A stretch of 64,000 nucleotides of DNA from an uncultured virus (IMG/VR IMGVR_UViG_3300002122_000002) (taxonomy: Duplodnaviria; Heunggongvirae; Uroviricota; Caudoviricetes). Of the stretch, positions 5,945 to 15,076 are shown one piece after another; position 1 is the stretch's first letter, and each line of letters starts with the position of its first letter. Location: IMG/VR virus record IMGVR_UViG_3300002122_000002; one strand, written 5' to 3'. The position numbers and the translations under genes are program-made. Below the pieces are notes generated by a model. The model made no database searches. It saw only the letters and a program-made list of their open reading frames with translations, and was not told the DNA's origin.

Positions 5945-6302
5945 TAGTATTATGAGGGTAGGGAGCACCCCGCTCCCATCTCTCTCCTTTGAGTCGCCGC
6001 ACGTGCATCCCCTGCCTTGCGGCGCTCGTATTTTAAGCCTTGGGTCGTGTCAAGTCACATATATATTACTGGTGAGTGGTGGCCGCGCGCATATAAGTTT
6101 CAGATATTGATGATAACTATTCTGTTGGGTTTTCTTAGGTAAAAGATTTAAATAGGTTGTAGTGTTTAGATTATTCTTTTTTCATTACATCTTAAACAGC
6201 GATAATGTTCGGGTCTATAGAGGATTTTTCCTGATTTTGTACTAAATTGGGCGGTTTTAAATAGCCACCAGTCGTGTCCTACTATTAAGCAGATTAGGTT
6301 TT

Positions 6303-6686
6303 TCATTGGTTTTCCATTAGAAATTTGCGGATTAGGATTGTAAGTTCTAGGGTTGTATATCCATGTTTTACGATCATTAGTGGTATTTTATTAAGCTCCG
6401 CCCAAGCTTTTTTTTGTTGTGTTCTTTCTAGTTCTGGTTTAGTTGGGCGGCTGTCCCAGTATCCTGGTTCGAAATCGAATAGGATTAGATTGTCATTATG
6501 TTGGCCGGCTAGATCGAACCAATGCCAGCGATTTGCTATTTCATCCCATAATCCTTCGGCTGGCCATTCTCTTTGGATATCTTTAAGGCCTGCTTGAAAT
6601 GCTGCTACTGTTAGTTGTAGGAGTTCTCGTCGGGGAAATTCTCTCATTCTATTGTGGTGTATATGGCTAGGGGTTGTTTTGGTCAT
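6303..6686 (-). CDS. Hypothetical protein, possibly restriction-endonuclease-like fold
   Basis: REW...FDLA...ILFDFE.GYW...KKAWA...IPLMIV resembles DUF559/PD-(D/E)XK pattern. Confidence 0.45.
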   Translation of the reverse strand: MTKTTPSHIHHNRMREFPRRELLQLTVAAFQAGLKDIQREWPAEGLWDEIANRWHWFDLAGQHNDNLILFDFEPGYWDSRPTKPELERTQQKKAWAELNKIPLMIVKHGYTTLELTILIRKFLMENQ

Positions 6687-7084
6687 GATTTGTATACATG
6701 TTTTATGTAAAGTATGTTTTTATTGTGAGAATTGTGGTTTATGAAAGAGCCAGTTAGTTTTTGCCATTTTTGTTTTATTAAACTATCTTTAATGTTTGTT
6801 TGCCATTGTGCAGCTAAATAGATTATAGCTGATTTTCTTTTTATTTTGGTTATTTCATATATTATTTTGAAGGCCAGTTCTTTATCTTTTTCTGTACTGG
6901 CAAAAAAATATAGTTCAGATGCAATGAATGTGCCACAAGTATTAGGAAAACTTTGGAGCATTATTTGGAAAATTTTTTGTTGATTTTTGAAAATGGTGTA
7001 TTTATTTCTATATGATTGAATAGTTGTGTTTTTTAGGTTTAATTTATTTTTTATAGCTAAAATTTGTTGATCTGTTAATGACAT
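6683..7084 (-). CDS. Hypothetical protein (possible degenerate GNAT-like fold)
   Basis: Long ORF in island; FPNTCG motif and terminal W..LTGSFINHNS.N...LY pattern; fold is a guess. Confidence 0.5.
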   Translation of the reverse strand: MSLTDQQILAIKNKLNLKNTTIQSYRNKYTIFKNQQKIFQIMLQSFPNTCGTFIASELYFFASTEKDKELAFKIIYEITKIKRKSAIIYLAAQWQTNIKDSLIKQKWQKLTGSFINHNSHNKNILYIKHVYKS

Positions 7085-7151
7085 TTAATACCCCCGCCTA
7101 CGCCGTTTTTCATGTCTTCAATTAGTATTTCTATTGTTTCTTGGTCTGTGC

Positions 7152-7802
7152 TCATATTGGCAACCTGAATAGATATTTGATTAGGTTGGGAGCTTCTGCA
7201 AATTCACGTATGTCTTCAGGATGACATTGTACAGCTCTTACTTTGTCTTGTAGATAGTCTATTTTTGTATCTGATTCTATTCCTTCTATTACTTCGGTAA
7301 GTGGATCAAATAGAGTTGCTTTTAATTCAGTTCCTATTTCTCGGATGGCTTGGTGATGATAACTATTGACTTCGAATCTGAGTTCTTTTATATATTTGGT
7401 GATTTCTGAGTTTGGGAATGGGGTGACATCATGTCTTATTTCGTGTCCTTTTTTGATTGCGTTTAGGTCTTGATGAAGAGTTCCATTGAAGATTGTATTG
7501 AGGAATTGATGGCCGCGACATATTCCCACATATTTGGTTCTTTCATTTCTCATGTATTGTAGTGCTATGGTTCTTTCTATGAGGTCTCTTTGGAGATTGT
7601 AGTGAGTATACCATTCTGGACGTTCTCCGTATAGGTATGGAGTTACGTCTGCGCCGCCATCGAATATGATGAGGTCTATGTTTCTATTGATTTTGCTGTG
7701 ATGTGAGATTCTGGTTATTTGTAGATCATTAATGAATGGTTTGAGTAATTTTTGCCATCGGGTTCGGGGTATCATTCCTGTATCGGTTATTCCTATTAAC
7801 AT
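7152..7802 (-). CDS. Class I glutamine amidotransferase / peptidase C26 (gamma-glutamyl hydrolase-like)
   Basis: GGADV, GICRGHQ, NSYHHQA, VQCHPE triad motifs. Confidence 0.93.
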   Translation of the reverse strand: MLIGITDTGMIPRTRWQKLLKPFINDLQITRISHHSKINRNIDLIIFDGGADVTPYLYGERPEWYTHYNLQRDLIERTIALQYMRNERTKYVGICRGHQFLNTIFNGTLHQDLNAIKKGHEIRHDVTPFPNSEITKYIKELRFEVNSYHHQAIREIGTELKATLFDPLTEVIEGIESDTKIDYLQDKVRAVQCHPEDIREFAEAPNLIKYLFRLPI

Positions 7803-8531
7803 TTAATATACTCCTGGGTAAAGTATGTTTAGTATTGCTTTGTAGGCGTAGTCGTATCCTATTGATTCTCTTATTTGGTGATTTTTTCTATAGTGTTGCA
7901 TTGCGTTTATTGTTGTCTTTTTGTTTAATTTCTTGTTAGGTTTACCAAAGATTGAGATGATGTTTTTGAAATATTCATCGGTGACTTCTGGGTGTCTGCT
8001 TAATCCACTATAGATGGCGTGAGAACTCCAACCTTCTTTATTAAAGGTGTATAAATCTTTTACGATTGTGACTATATTTGTTCGTTTACTAGTGGTAGGT
8101 AATTTTTCTAGTTTACGTATGTATTCAAAATCTATACTTCTTAGTAATACTCCGATTATGATGAATCCTATTTCTTCTAAGTTTTTGTCTATATCTTCGT
8201 TTATTGAATGGATTTCTACAAGGATGTAGTCTGAATTTAGATTTGTGTAGTTAATTGTGAATGTGTTTTTGAATATTTTTTGTAGGCTTTTTAGGGTTGT
8301 AAAGTATGCTATTTTTGTTTTTGCAATTTTCTTTAATAGGTATACCATGTTATGCTTGTCTTGCAATACACTTTTGAGTCCCGCAAAACATGCGAGTTGA
8401 CCTAATGTGTCTATTGAGTGGCCGTAAATTACAGAATAAGATATTCGATATTTGTCCACTTCAATCATTTCTTTTAGATGTGTATTATTTAGGAGTTGCT
8501 TTTTATATTCTTTTTTGTCCATGTTAGACAC
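7803..8531 (-). CDS. Hypothetical protein
   Basis: 242-aa ORF in AT-rich DNA, tightly coupled to neighbours. Confidence 0.7.
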   Translation of the reverse strand: MSNMDKKEYKKQLLNNTHLKEMIEVDKYRISYSVIYGHSIDTLGQLACFAGLKSVLQDKHNMVYLLKKIAKTKIAYFTTLKSLQKIFKNTFTINYTNLNSDYILVEIHSINEDIDKNLEEIGFIIIGVLLRSIDFEYIRKLEKLPTTSKRTNIVTIVKDLYTFNKEGWSSHAIYSGLSRHPEVTDEYFKNIISIFGKPNKKLNKKTTINAMQHYRKNHQIRESIGYDYAYKAILNILYPGVY

Positions 8532-9460
8532 CTTTGTAGTAGAGTTGTTGCTATAGTTTTATTTAGTGTTCGGATTGTTTTGTGCATTAATGGTATATCT
8601 TTTTCAAAGTGGGTGATGAATTTATCTCCCATGTCTTTTTCAATTACTGTAGCTGCAATGTCTAGTAAATGAAGAAGATTGTTTGTCATGTTTGGATAAT
8701 TTGTCCAAGAATTGGAAAGTGCTCTGTATTCTATTCCATATGTTTTTGGTTTTTCTTTGTAGAATTGCAATCTTATTCTACCTGGTTTTCCATAGTAGTT
8801 TAGTCTGAACTTTTCTAGCTTTCTAGTTTGGGTAGGTTTGGCGAATGATACGTTTCCTAATCCAGCTAGGAAGTCAAATACTATAGATGCTTTAGCCCAG
8901 TTATCTAGATAGATTTCGGGATTTTTTGTTGGTGCTTGGATGTGGATATGGCCGCCACCATAACGATATTTATGTGTTTCTACGTTTAATGTGTGTTTAT
9001 TTTCTGGATCATCTAGACCTAGTTCTATGTATTTATAAGGAAATTCATCGGGATCGCAACCGAAGATTACGCAACTTCGAAAGTCTTCATTTCTTTTCTT
9101 CCAGTATTTGTTTAGGTTGAAAAAGCCTACTGGAAAAGCTGTGGTTGCTTCTAAATTGAATTGTGAAAGGAAACTATTGAGTTCAATTTTTGCAAGAGCA
9201 ATTCTTGATAAGAATGTTGCTGAATCGTTTGTTGGATTCATTTGAAGTTCTATTGCTGCACCATCTTCTGACCATTGAAATTCTTCTGTTTTGATTAGTA
9301 CATTTTTACCTTTTATGGTTTCGTAGGTTGCTCCGAAGTCATGTACTAGTGCGATTGGAGGAATTATGTTTGGAATTAATCCTAGTTTTTCATCTTTTAT
9401 GAATTTGTCGAAGATGAATGCTTCTGGGTCTGTTCCAAAGATATGGTTTAGGTTATTCAC
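8489..9460 (-). CDS. phiEco32-like COOH-NH2 ligase type 2
   Basis: GTDPE, EDGAAIE, FGCDPD, RYGGGHIH, YGKPGRIR, YGIEYRALSNSW motifs. Confidence 0.88.
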   Translation of the reverse strand: MNNLNHIFGTDPEAFIFDKFIKDEKLGLIPNIIPPIALVHDFGATYETIKGKNVLIKTEEFQWSEDGAAIELQMNPTNDSATFLSRIALAKIELNSFLSQFNLEATTAFPVGFFNLNKYWKKRNEDFRSCVIFGCDPDEFPYKYIELGLDDPENKHTLNVETHKYRYGGGHIHIQAPTKNPEIYLDNWAKASIVFDFLAGLGNVSFAKPTQTRKLEKFRLNYYGKPGRIRLQFYKEKPKTYGIEYRALSNSWTNYPNMTNNLLHLLDIAATVIEKDMGDKFITHFEKDIPLMHKTIRTLNKTIATTLLQRCLTWTKKNIKSNS

Positions 9461-9869
9461 TTCGTTTCCAGTTTAGATCGTTTAAAGTTACTTTTACGAT
9501 TACTGTTTCTTCTTTCATTTTGTGTTTTTTCTTTATGTCATCTGGAGTTGTGTTAGATTTTTCTTGTACGAGATTATTCCAAGGTCGATCAGGAAATAGG
9601 AATATTTCGGCGTCAGATGCCTTTATTACTTTGTCATTTGTATTTGACCAGATGTATATTTCGTCTATTGATTTTACTTTTCTGCATGAATCACATCTAT
9701 AACTTATAATTTCTATAAGTGGATTTATGGCTGTTGTTCCATAGGCTTGTAGTTTTAGTTCGGCGGGGTTATTTTCAGATAGTATAAGTCTTACTTGTGA
9801 GTTTAGATTTTTAAGATTGATTTTTATGGATAGTGTGTGGTGACATTTATCGCAGATTAAGTTTATCAT
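9453..9869 (-). CDS. Zn-ribbon-containing hypothetical protein
   Basis: CDKC ... CDSC pair. Confidence 0.65.
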   Translation of the reverse strand: MINLICDKCHHTLSIKINLKNLNSQVRLILSENNPAELKLQAYGTTAINPLIEIISYRCDSCRKVKSIDEIYIWSNTNDKVIKASDAEIFLFPDRPWNNLVQEKSNTTPDDIKKKHKMKEETVIVKVTLNDLNWKRSE

Positions 9870-9872
9870 TAT

Positions 9873-11060
9873 TTATGCTCCTTCAAGAAGAAGGACTTGT
9901 CCTTTGATTTTATCAGACAATTTTTGTTCGTAGTCATAGCATAGATTGACTTTTTCAAATGTTGGTTGTTCTTCTTCTAGAAATTCGGAGACTATATTTT
10001 TTTCATTGGTGCTTAATGTTACATCATCTTCTAGTACTAACCATAGTTCTTCTTCATCTATGTAGGCGTACTTGAAATCTTTTGGTGTTAGGTTGATGAT
10101 ATTGTCTTTCATTTTTAATGTTATTTCACAATCGGGTACTACTAGTTCTGTAGCTACTAATGCTTCTATTGNTTCATCTGCGGATAAGTCCTTGCTTAGT
10201 AGTTTTGATAATGGCTTTATGTATGTTGTTAGATGAGCGAATTTGTCTGTTGAGATAGTTTTGTGTATGGTTAGTGTCTTGTCTGGTGTTGTTGTAGTTT
10301 CTTTTTGGGGTATGGTGGGATTGGAGTTAACTGCTGCAAATAATTTTATTAGTTTCTTGGTAGAGATGTCTTTTATGTATTTTTCATTAAAGGTTGTGGG
10401 TACATGTAGTAGTAGGTTTTTGTCTTTTAGTGATTTGTACATATATTCGACATTTGAAATTATAGATAGATTAATATTTAAGTTGCTTTCCAGAATGTTC
10501 ATCATTAGTACTAGACCGTTTATGGTTATTTCTTCATGAGTTTTGGTTTGGGTTACTGGGATATCTTTGTCTGCATATTTGTCTAGTATTAACAGGATTG
10601 TAGCGGGAGTTAAATAGGGTTTGTAGATTTGTATAAGTTCATTTCCGATAGTGATTAGAAATCCCCTGTGATCAGATTGTTTTGTTATGGCTTGTGTTAA
10701 TGTAGCTAATGTAAGTGGTTTCAGGCTGTNAGTTAGTGTTGAAGTAGCCATCCATTTTGAGTTGAAGCCATTTTTTATTTTGTATGCTATTGGTTCTATG
10801 GAGGTATTGAAAAGTATTTTCTCCATTGTTGCTATGTTTCTTATTGTGAAGTCTTTGATTTTGTTTAGTTCTAATTTGCTTAGTGGAATTTTTGATTGGA
10901 TCACAATTTCGTTTTTGTCGAATGAACTTGCTATGGGATATTCTAGGCTATGAGTTGAGTCGATTTTACAATCGCCCCATTTTTCTAATGAATGGATTAC
11001 GCCATTGAATTCATTTTCTGGCGGATTTACTAATGTTTGTAGGGATATGGTAGGTTGCAT
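9873..11060 (-). CDS. Hypothetical protein
   Basis: 395-aa ORF in AT-rich DNA, operon-coupled. Confidence 0.7.
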   Translation of the reverse strand: MQPTISLQTLVNPPENEFNGVIHSLEKWGDCKIDSTHSLEYPIASSFDKNEIVIQSKIPLSKLELNKIKDFTIRNIATMEKILFNTSIEPIAYKIKNGFNSKWMATSTLTXSLKPLTLATLTQAITKQSDHRGFLITIGNELIQIYKPYLTPATILLILDKYADKDIPVTQTKTHEEITINGLVLMMNILESNLNINLSIISNVEYMYKSLKDKNLLLHVPTTFNEKYIKDISTKKLIKLFAAVNSNPTIPQKETTTTPDKTLTIHKTISTDKFAHLTTYIKPLSKLLSKDLSADEXIEALVATELVVPDCEITLKMKDNIINLTPKDFKYAYIDEEELWLVLEDDVTLSTNEKNIVSEFLEEEQPTFEKVNLCYDYEQKLSDKIKGQVLLLEGA

Positions 11061-11061
11061 T

Positions 11062-11832
11062 TTATATTACCTGATTTAAGTGTTGAGCGTATAGTTCTAG
11101 AGTATTTGCGTTAAGGCCTGGTGCTGTGTTGATTTCCCAGATGATGTATTTTTTGTGTTCGTTTGACCATGCCATATCGAATGCGCCGAATCCTAGATTT
11201 ATTTGTTCTGCTATGTCATGTACTAGTGTTTTTGCTTGTTTGAATCTTTCTTCGTCATTTTCTGGTTTGATGCTGTAGTGCCAGCCAAGTCTGGCTGTTC
11301 TTATGGGTATTTCTGGTTTTTCATTTTGTGGGTGTTGCTTTAGGAATATTCTAATTATATTTTTATTTATATAATGTATTCTAATTTCATATTCAGTTGG
11401 AAAGAATTCTGTCCAGTATTCGTGATTGAATTCGTTATCGTATAAGTAGTCTGGATTGTAGGCAATTAGTATGTCGTTTCCTGCTCTGTGATATTTATTT
11501 CTTAGTAGTACTGGATAGTCCTTAGGATAAGTTAGATTATGTTCTATATTGATGTCGTTGTATATAGGACTAAGTATATTGTTGTTTTGGCAAAAATTTG
11601 AAAACGCCAAGCTGTTTGAGCAAAGTTGTATTACGGAGGTGGAGTTGAAGTTTGTATCTTGTTTGTGTGGTACATGGGAGTTTCCGTATCTTATTTTGAT
11701 TGGTAATCTTTTTGATAATCTCGCAATTGTTATGTCGTTCTTTATTGGTCTTAGGTTTAAATGCTTGGCTAGGGCTTTTGCTGAAATGAATGATTGTTCG
11801 TTGAAGACCAATAGCCCTTTGTAGTTATTCAT
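11062..11832 (-). CDS. ATP-grasp ligase (RimK/YheC-D-like, phiEco32 type)
   Basis: H.AG.DI loop, EYEIRIH, GFGAFD, WEINTAPGL (ExNxxPG). Confidence 0.88.
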   Translation of the reverse strand: MNNYKGLLVFNEQSFISAKALAKHLNLRPIKNDITIARLSKRLPIKIRYGNSHVPHKQDTNFNSTSVIQLCSNSLAFSNFCQNNNILSPIYNDINIEHNLTYPKDYPVLLRNKYHRAGNDILIAYNPDYLYDNEFNHEYWTEFFPTEYEIRIHYINKNIIRIFLKQHPQNEKPEIPIRTARLGWHYSIKPENDEERFKQAKTLVHDIAEQINLGFGAFDMAWSNEHKKYIIWEINTAPGLNANTLELYAQHLNQVI

Positions 11833-11833
11833 T

Positions 11834-13003
11834 TTATAGTGGGTATGATTTTTGTAGTTTCTTTAATGTGTTGTTGCTATTTAGAGTGTAAGGGAACTCT
11901 ATGTTTTTTGCTTGGTAGAGTTTTCTTTTGTCTGTTTTTTTGGTTAGAGCAATCCAAGTTTCAGTTTTGTTTTTATTGTAGTATTGTTTGTCTAGATATT
12001 CTAGGAATTGTTGAAGTTGATGGATTTCTGTTTCATCTAGTATGAAAATGTTTTTGCCGAGGCAAACTTCTGAGATTACTTGTAGTTCGGTATATGAGAT
12101 GTTAAGTTTGGCTAGCAAAGAGATTATTGGTTTATTGTCTTTTTGGTAATAATAAGTTGGTTGTTGTCGGTGGAATATGGTTACTGCGGTTTGTTTGTTT
12201 TCTGCTTTCTTTGTGGGGATTTCTTCAATGATTTCTGGGTATGCGTATGATCCTATTTTGTAGTTTAATATTTTTAAATCTGGGATTTTTTCTATTTCAT
12301 ATGTGATTTTGGTTTCATCTGCTAGGTCTAAGAAGCTTTCGATGATGCGTGCGATATAGTTTAGTTCGAATTCACCAGTGTTTATAATGATTCCTATAGG
12401 TTCTTTTTGATGATAGAAGGTGCAGCTATTTAGAGTTTTCTTGTCATCTTTTACTATGAATACTTGATTTTTTACTCGTTTATCTATTAGCATTAGAGCA
12501 TAAGTTCCATACCAATGATCTAAGGTTTTAAGTATGTGTTCTTTGGTTAGTGGCGGGTTTTGTTCAACGAAATGTTCTAGTGTATTTAAGAAGTTTCTGC
12601 TATCTGTGTTGTTTACATTTATTAGGTGTTGTAGTTCTTTATTTTCTTTATCGAATTTATTGATTTCTAGTGTTCCATTATGTATCTGGATTAAGTTTCC
12701 ATTGATTACTGGATGAGAATGTATAGGATCGTTTTTGGGCTGTCCTGGGCTACAGGCTCTTACATGATATAATCCGTTTATGTTTTTGTTGGGTTTTAGG
12801 AGTTGTGTTTTATTATCTGTCCACCAGTTTTGTGCACTTTCTTTTGTTTTAATAATGTTATCTAAATTAGAGAAGCAGACATATCCAAAACCATCGTTGT
12901 TGGCGAAGGTGGATATTCCAACTGTGTTGATTTCAGTTAATGGCCTGATTATCAGTTTAGCCAGGCGTTGATCTTTGAATTCAATGAGAGTTAGTTGGCA
13001 CAT
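11834..13003 (-). CDS. Class II (Ntn) glutamine amidotransferase
   Basis: N-terminal Met-Cys, NNDGFG, HVRA, HP, HNGT, TDS motifs. Confidence 0.9.
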   Translation of the reverse strand: MCQLTLIEFKDQRLAKLIIRPLTEINTVGISTFANNDGFGYVCFSNLDNIIKTKESAQNWWTDNKTQLLKPNKNINGLYHVRACSPGQPKNDPIHSHPVINGNLIQIHNGTLEINKFDKENKELQHLINVNNTDSRNFLNTLEHFVEQNPPLTKEHILKTLDHWYGTYALMLIDKRVKNQVFIVKDDKKTLNSCTFYHQKEPIGIIINTGEFELNYIARIIESFLDLADETKITYEIEKIPDLKILNYKIGSYAYPEIIEEIPTKKAENKQTAVTIFHRQQPTYYYQKDNKPIISLLAKLNISYTELQVISEVCLGKNIFILDETEIHQLQQFLEYLDKQYYNKNKTETWIALTKKTDKRKLYQAKNIEFPYTLNSNNTLKKLQKSYPL

Positions 13004-14166
13004 TATTGTTCGTCGTCTATGTCTGGATTTTCGTTTAGAAATTTTTCTACGTCATTTTCATGATCTGGGTCGTTGTTTCTTTCTGCATTTCTTACATCAA
13101 TTATTTTTGGTTCTACAATTTTTGTTTTCTTTGGTAGTGGAGTTGGTGCATATATTTCTGGGTCAAGTCTAGTTGGTTCTTCTAAATGGGAATACATCCA
13201 TTTGTTGTCAAAAATGGGTGTTGGAGATGTTTCCCATATTTCTATCAGTGTATTTAGAGTTGCTTCGTCTAGGTTTAGTGTTTCTATTCGATATATGAAT
13301 TCTCTTGTTGATATTGTTTTGTTGTCGGCTAATGGTAATGGATCAATAAGTTGGATGTCTGATGTGCTAAAGGCTCTTTTTACTATTGCTTTACAGAAGT
13401 TTGTCCAAGCTATGATATATCTGGGGTTTAGTGTTTTGTTGGCAGTTCTGAATTCTAAGGAGCCTTGAGTTAAGATTGGATAAAAATTTACACTCATGTA
13501 TCTGGGTGTAATGTATTTGGCTCCGTTTTCTGCTAAGTGATAGGCATTTCCGTATCTTGTAAAGAATTGCTGTATTGAGGTTGATTCAAGTAGGTCTTTT
13601 GGATTTAGAATTGGGTAATTTATGGTTCGTATATTTATTACTGGAGGACCATTTCCTAGATATGGTCTGCAGTAGGCATATTGATTTTGCTCGCCGCGTT
13701 GGCGTCTGCCCATCCCACCTAATCTGAATAGAATTGCTTCATATTCTAGTGTTAGTTTTAGGAGGTTTAAGATTACATATAGTGGGGCTTCTCGAGATAG
13801 ATTTATATGAACGTGGAAGCTTGCTCTAGGTGTGTCTTCTATTTCTCCATATTCTTTAAGTATGGAGCATAGTTTGTGAATTTCAAGAATCCAATCTGGT
13901 GAAATTGTATCTATGATTGGAGAAGCTAGTTCTCCACCAATGACTATTTTATTTGTTAAGTTTTCAAGTAGTTGTCTTGCTTTTTTGGTATCTAGTGTTA
14001 TTTCATGGTTTCCTATTGCGAAGATTGGTGTTTCACATGAAGCGTCATGTCCTAGTTTATAATTTCTTAGGTTAGTTCGTATTCTAGATATGAATCTAGG
14101 ATCGGTTCTGTTTATGTTCATGAATTCCATTTCAATGCCGACGCTATCGATTATTTGTTTAGCCAT
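13003..14166 (-). CDS. Putative amidoligase (glutamine synthetase-like COOH-NH2 ligase, Amidoligase_2 type)
   Basis: VGIEME, HDAS, GELASP, SFHVH, RY..VN, GSLEFR motifs. Confidence 0.88.
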   Translation of the reverse strand: MAKQIIDSVGIEMEFMNINRTDPRFISRIRTNLRNYKLGHDASCETPIFAIGNHEITLDTKKARQLLENLTNKIVIGGELASPIIDTISPDWILEIHKLCSILKEYGEIEDTPRASFHVHINLSREAPLYVILNLLKLTLEYEAILFRLGGMGRRQRGEQNQYAYCRPYLGNGPPVINIRTINYPILNPKDLLESTSIQQFFTRYGNAYHLAENGAKYITPRYMSVNFYPILTQGSLEFRTANKTLNPRYIIAWTNFCKAIVKRAFSTSDIQLIDPLPLADNKTISTREFIYRIETLNLDEATLNTLIEIWETSPTPIFDNKWMYSHLEEPTRLDPEIYAPTPLPKKTKIVEPKIIDVRNAERNNDPDHENDVEKFLNENPDIDDEQ

Positions 14167-14431
14167 GGGTGCATTTCATGCAGATGAGTATTGGGAGGCC
14201 ATGTGGGCAATTTGGGTGTGTTAGTTCATTAGGGCAAATTGTGCATAGATCGAGGGGTATACCATGTTCGCAGTCGTCTAGTTTGGCTATGTCTTCTATT
14301 ATGGCTTTTAGTCGGTTATTGTTGTTTGGTGTATCACATTCATAGAGTACGTCATTATCGTCTAGATTGTATTCGAATCCAAATAATTGCATTATTTTTT
14401 TATTGTTGCGACGAGTTTCTATAAAGTTCAT
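14159..14431 (-). CDS. Small Cys/His-repeat protein
   Basis: CEHG...CTIC and CPHG...CMKC tandem repeats. Confidence 0.6.
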   Translation of the reverse strand: MNFIETRRNNKKIMQLFGFEYNLDDNDVLYECDTPNNNNRLKAIIEDIAKLDDCEHGIPLDLCTICPNELTHPNCPHGLPILICMKCTHG

Positions 14432-14465
14432 TTTAGAAAGGGAAGTGGTTTTGTTTTTTTGTTAG

Positions 14466-14681
14466 TTAAAAATTTGCATGAGCCCATATTAAATTACAAA
14501 TATGTGAGTCAAATCTATTTGTAGGGATTTTATAGGGATATTCCATTCCAGCAATTGCACTTAAACAAAACCATGCTTCAGATTCTATAAATGCTTCTCT
14601 ATTATGACCTTCTGGATGTGTTAATATTAATGTAGAATCTGTAGGACCTTCTTTACCTAGAGAGATTGTCCAATTAGGCAT
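14466..14681 (-). CDS. Hypothetical protein
   Basis: 71-aa ORF in AT-rich DNA. Confidence 0.5.
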   Translation of the reverse strand: MPNWTISLGKEGPTDSTLILTHPEGHNREAFIESEAWFCLSAIAGMEYPYKIPTNRFDSHICNLIWAHANF

Positions 14682-14726
14682 TTTTTTTCTTTTTTGGTTA
14701 TTTTAGGTGTCTTTTTATGTTTTTTA

Positions 14727-14801
14727 GGTAGACCAGGATGGAATTGAACCATCTGTAAGACGGTTATAAGCCGCCTGCCGCGCCCGTTTGGCTTCTGGTC
14801 T
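14727..14801 (-). tRNA. tRNA-Ile(TAT), solitary
   Basis: AGACCAG/CTGGTCT acceptor; GCC-AAACGGGCGC-GGC D arm; GGCGG-CT TAT AA-CCGTC; GATGG-TTCAATT-CCATC; A73, CC. Confidence 0.88.
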
Positions 14802-15075
14802 GTGGTTGTTCTTTAAATAGTTTATCTGCGGCTGCTTGTTTATCTGCTTCAGATGCAAGCATTTCGCACATGGAACAAATGCCGGCGTGAATTACTCGGA
14901 TATTGTCGATTTTTGCTCCATTTTCTATTTTGTCTGTGACTAGGAGTATTACGTTGGTTGCCTTGTTTTTCATGCAATGAAAGCAGCCTAATGTGCCTGC
15001 GGCGATTCTTTCTTGTGCAAGTTCAATGCCTTTTAGTATTTCATTTAAGGCATCTTCTTCGGATACGAGTGTCAT
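14764..15075 (-). CDS. Hypothetical protein (CxxC...CxxC); 3' end overlaps tRNA-Ile
   Basis: CFHC and CSMC; stop codon TAA lies in the tRNA anticodon loop. Confidence 0.6.
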   Translation of the reverse strand: MTLVSEEDALNEILKGIELAQERIAAGTLGCFHCMKNKATNVILLVTDKIENGAKIDNIRVIHAGICSMCEMLASEADKQAAADKLFKEQPQTRSQTGAAGGL

Positions 15076-15076
15076 G

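Noticed and set aside
6167..6306. Small C..GH.W ... CLRC gene split across two frames
   Set aside because: It could be a frameshifted pseudogene or a sequencing error; too short to support
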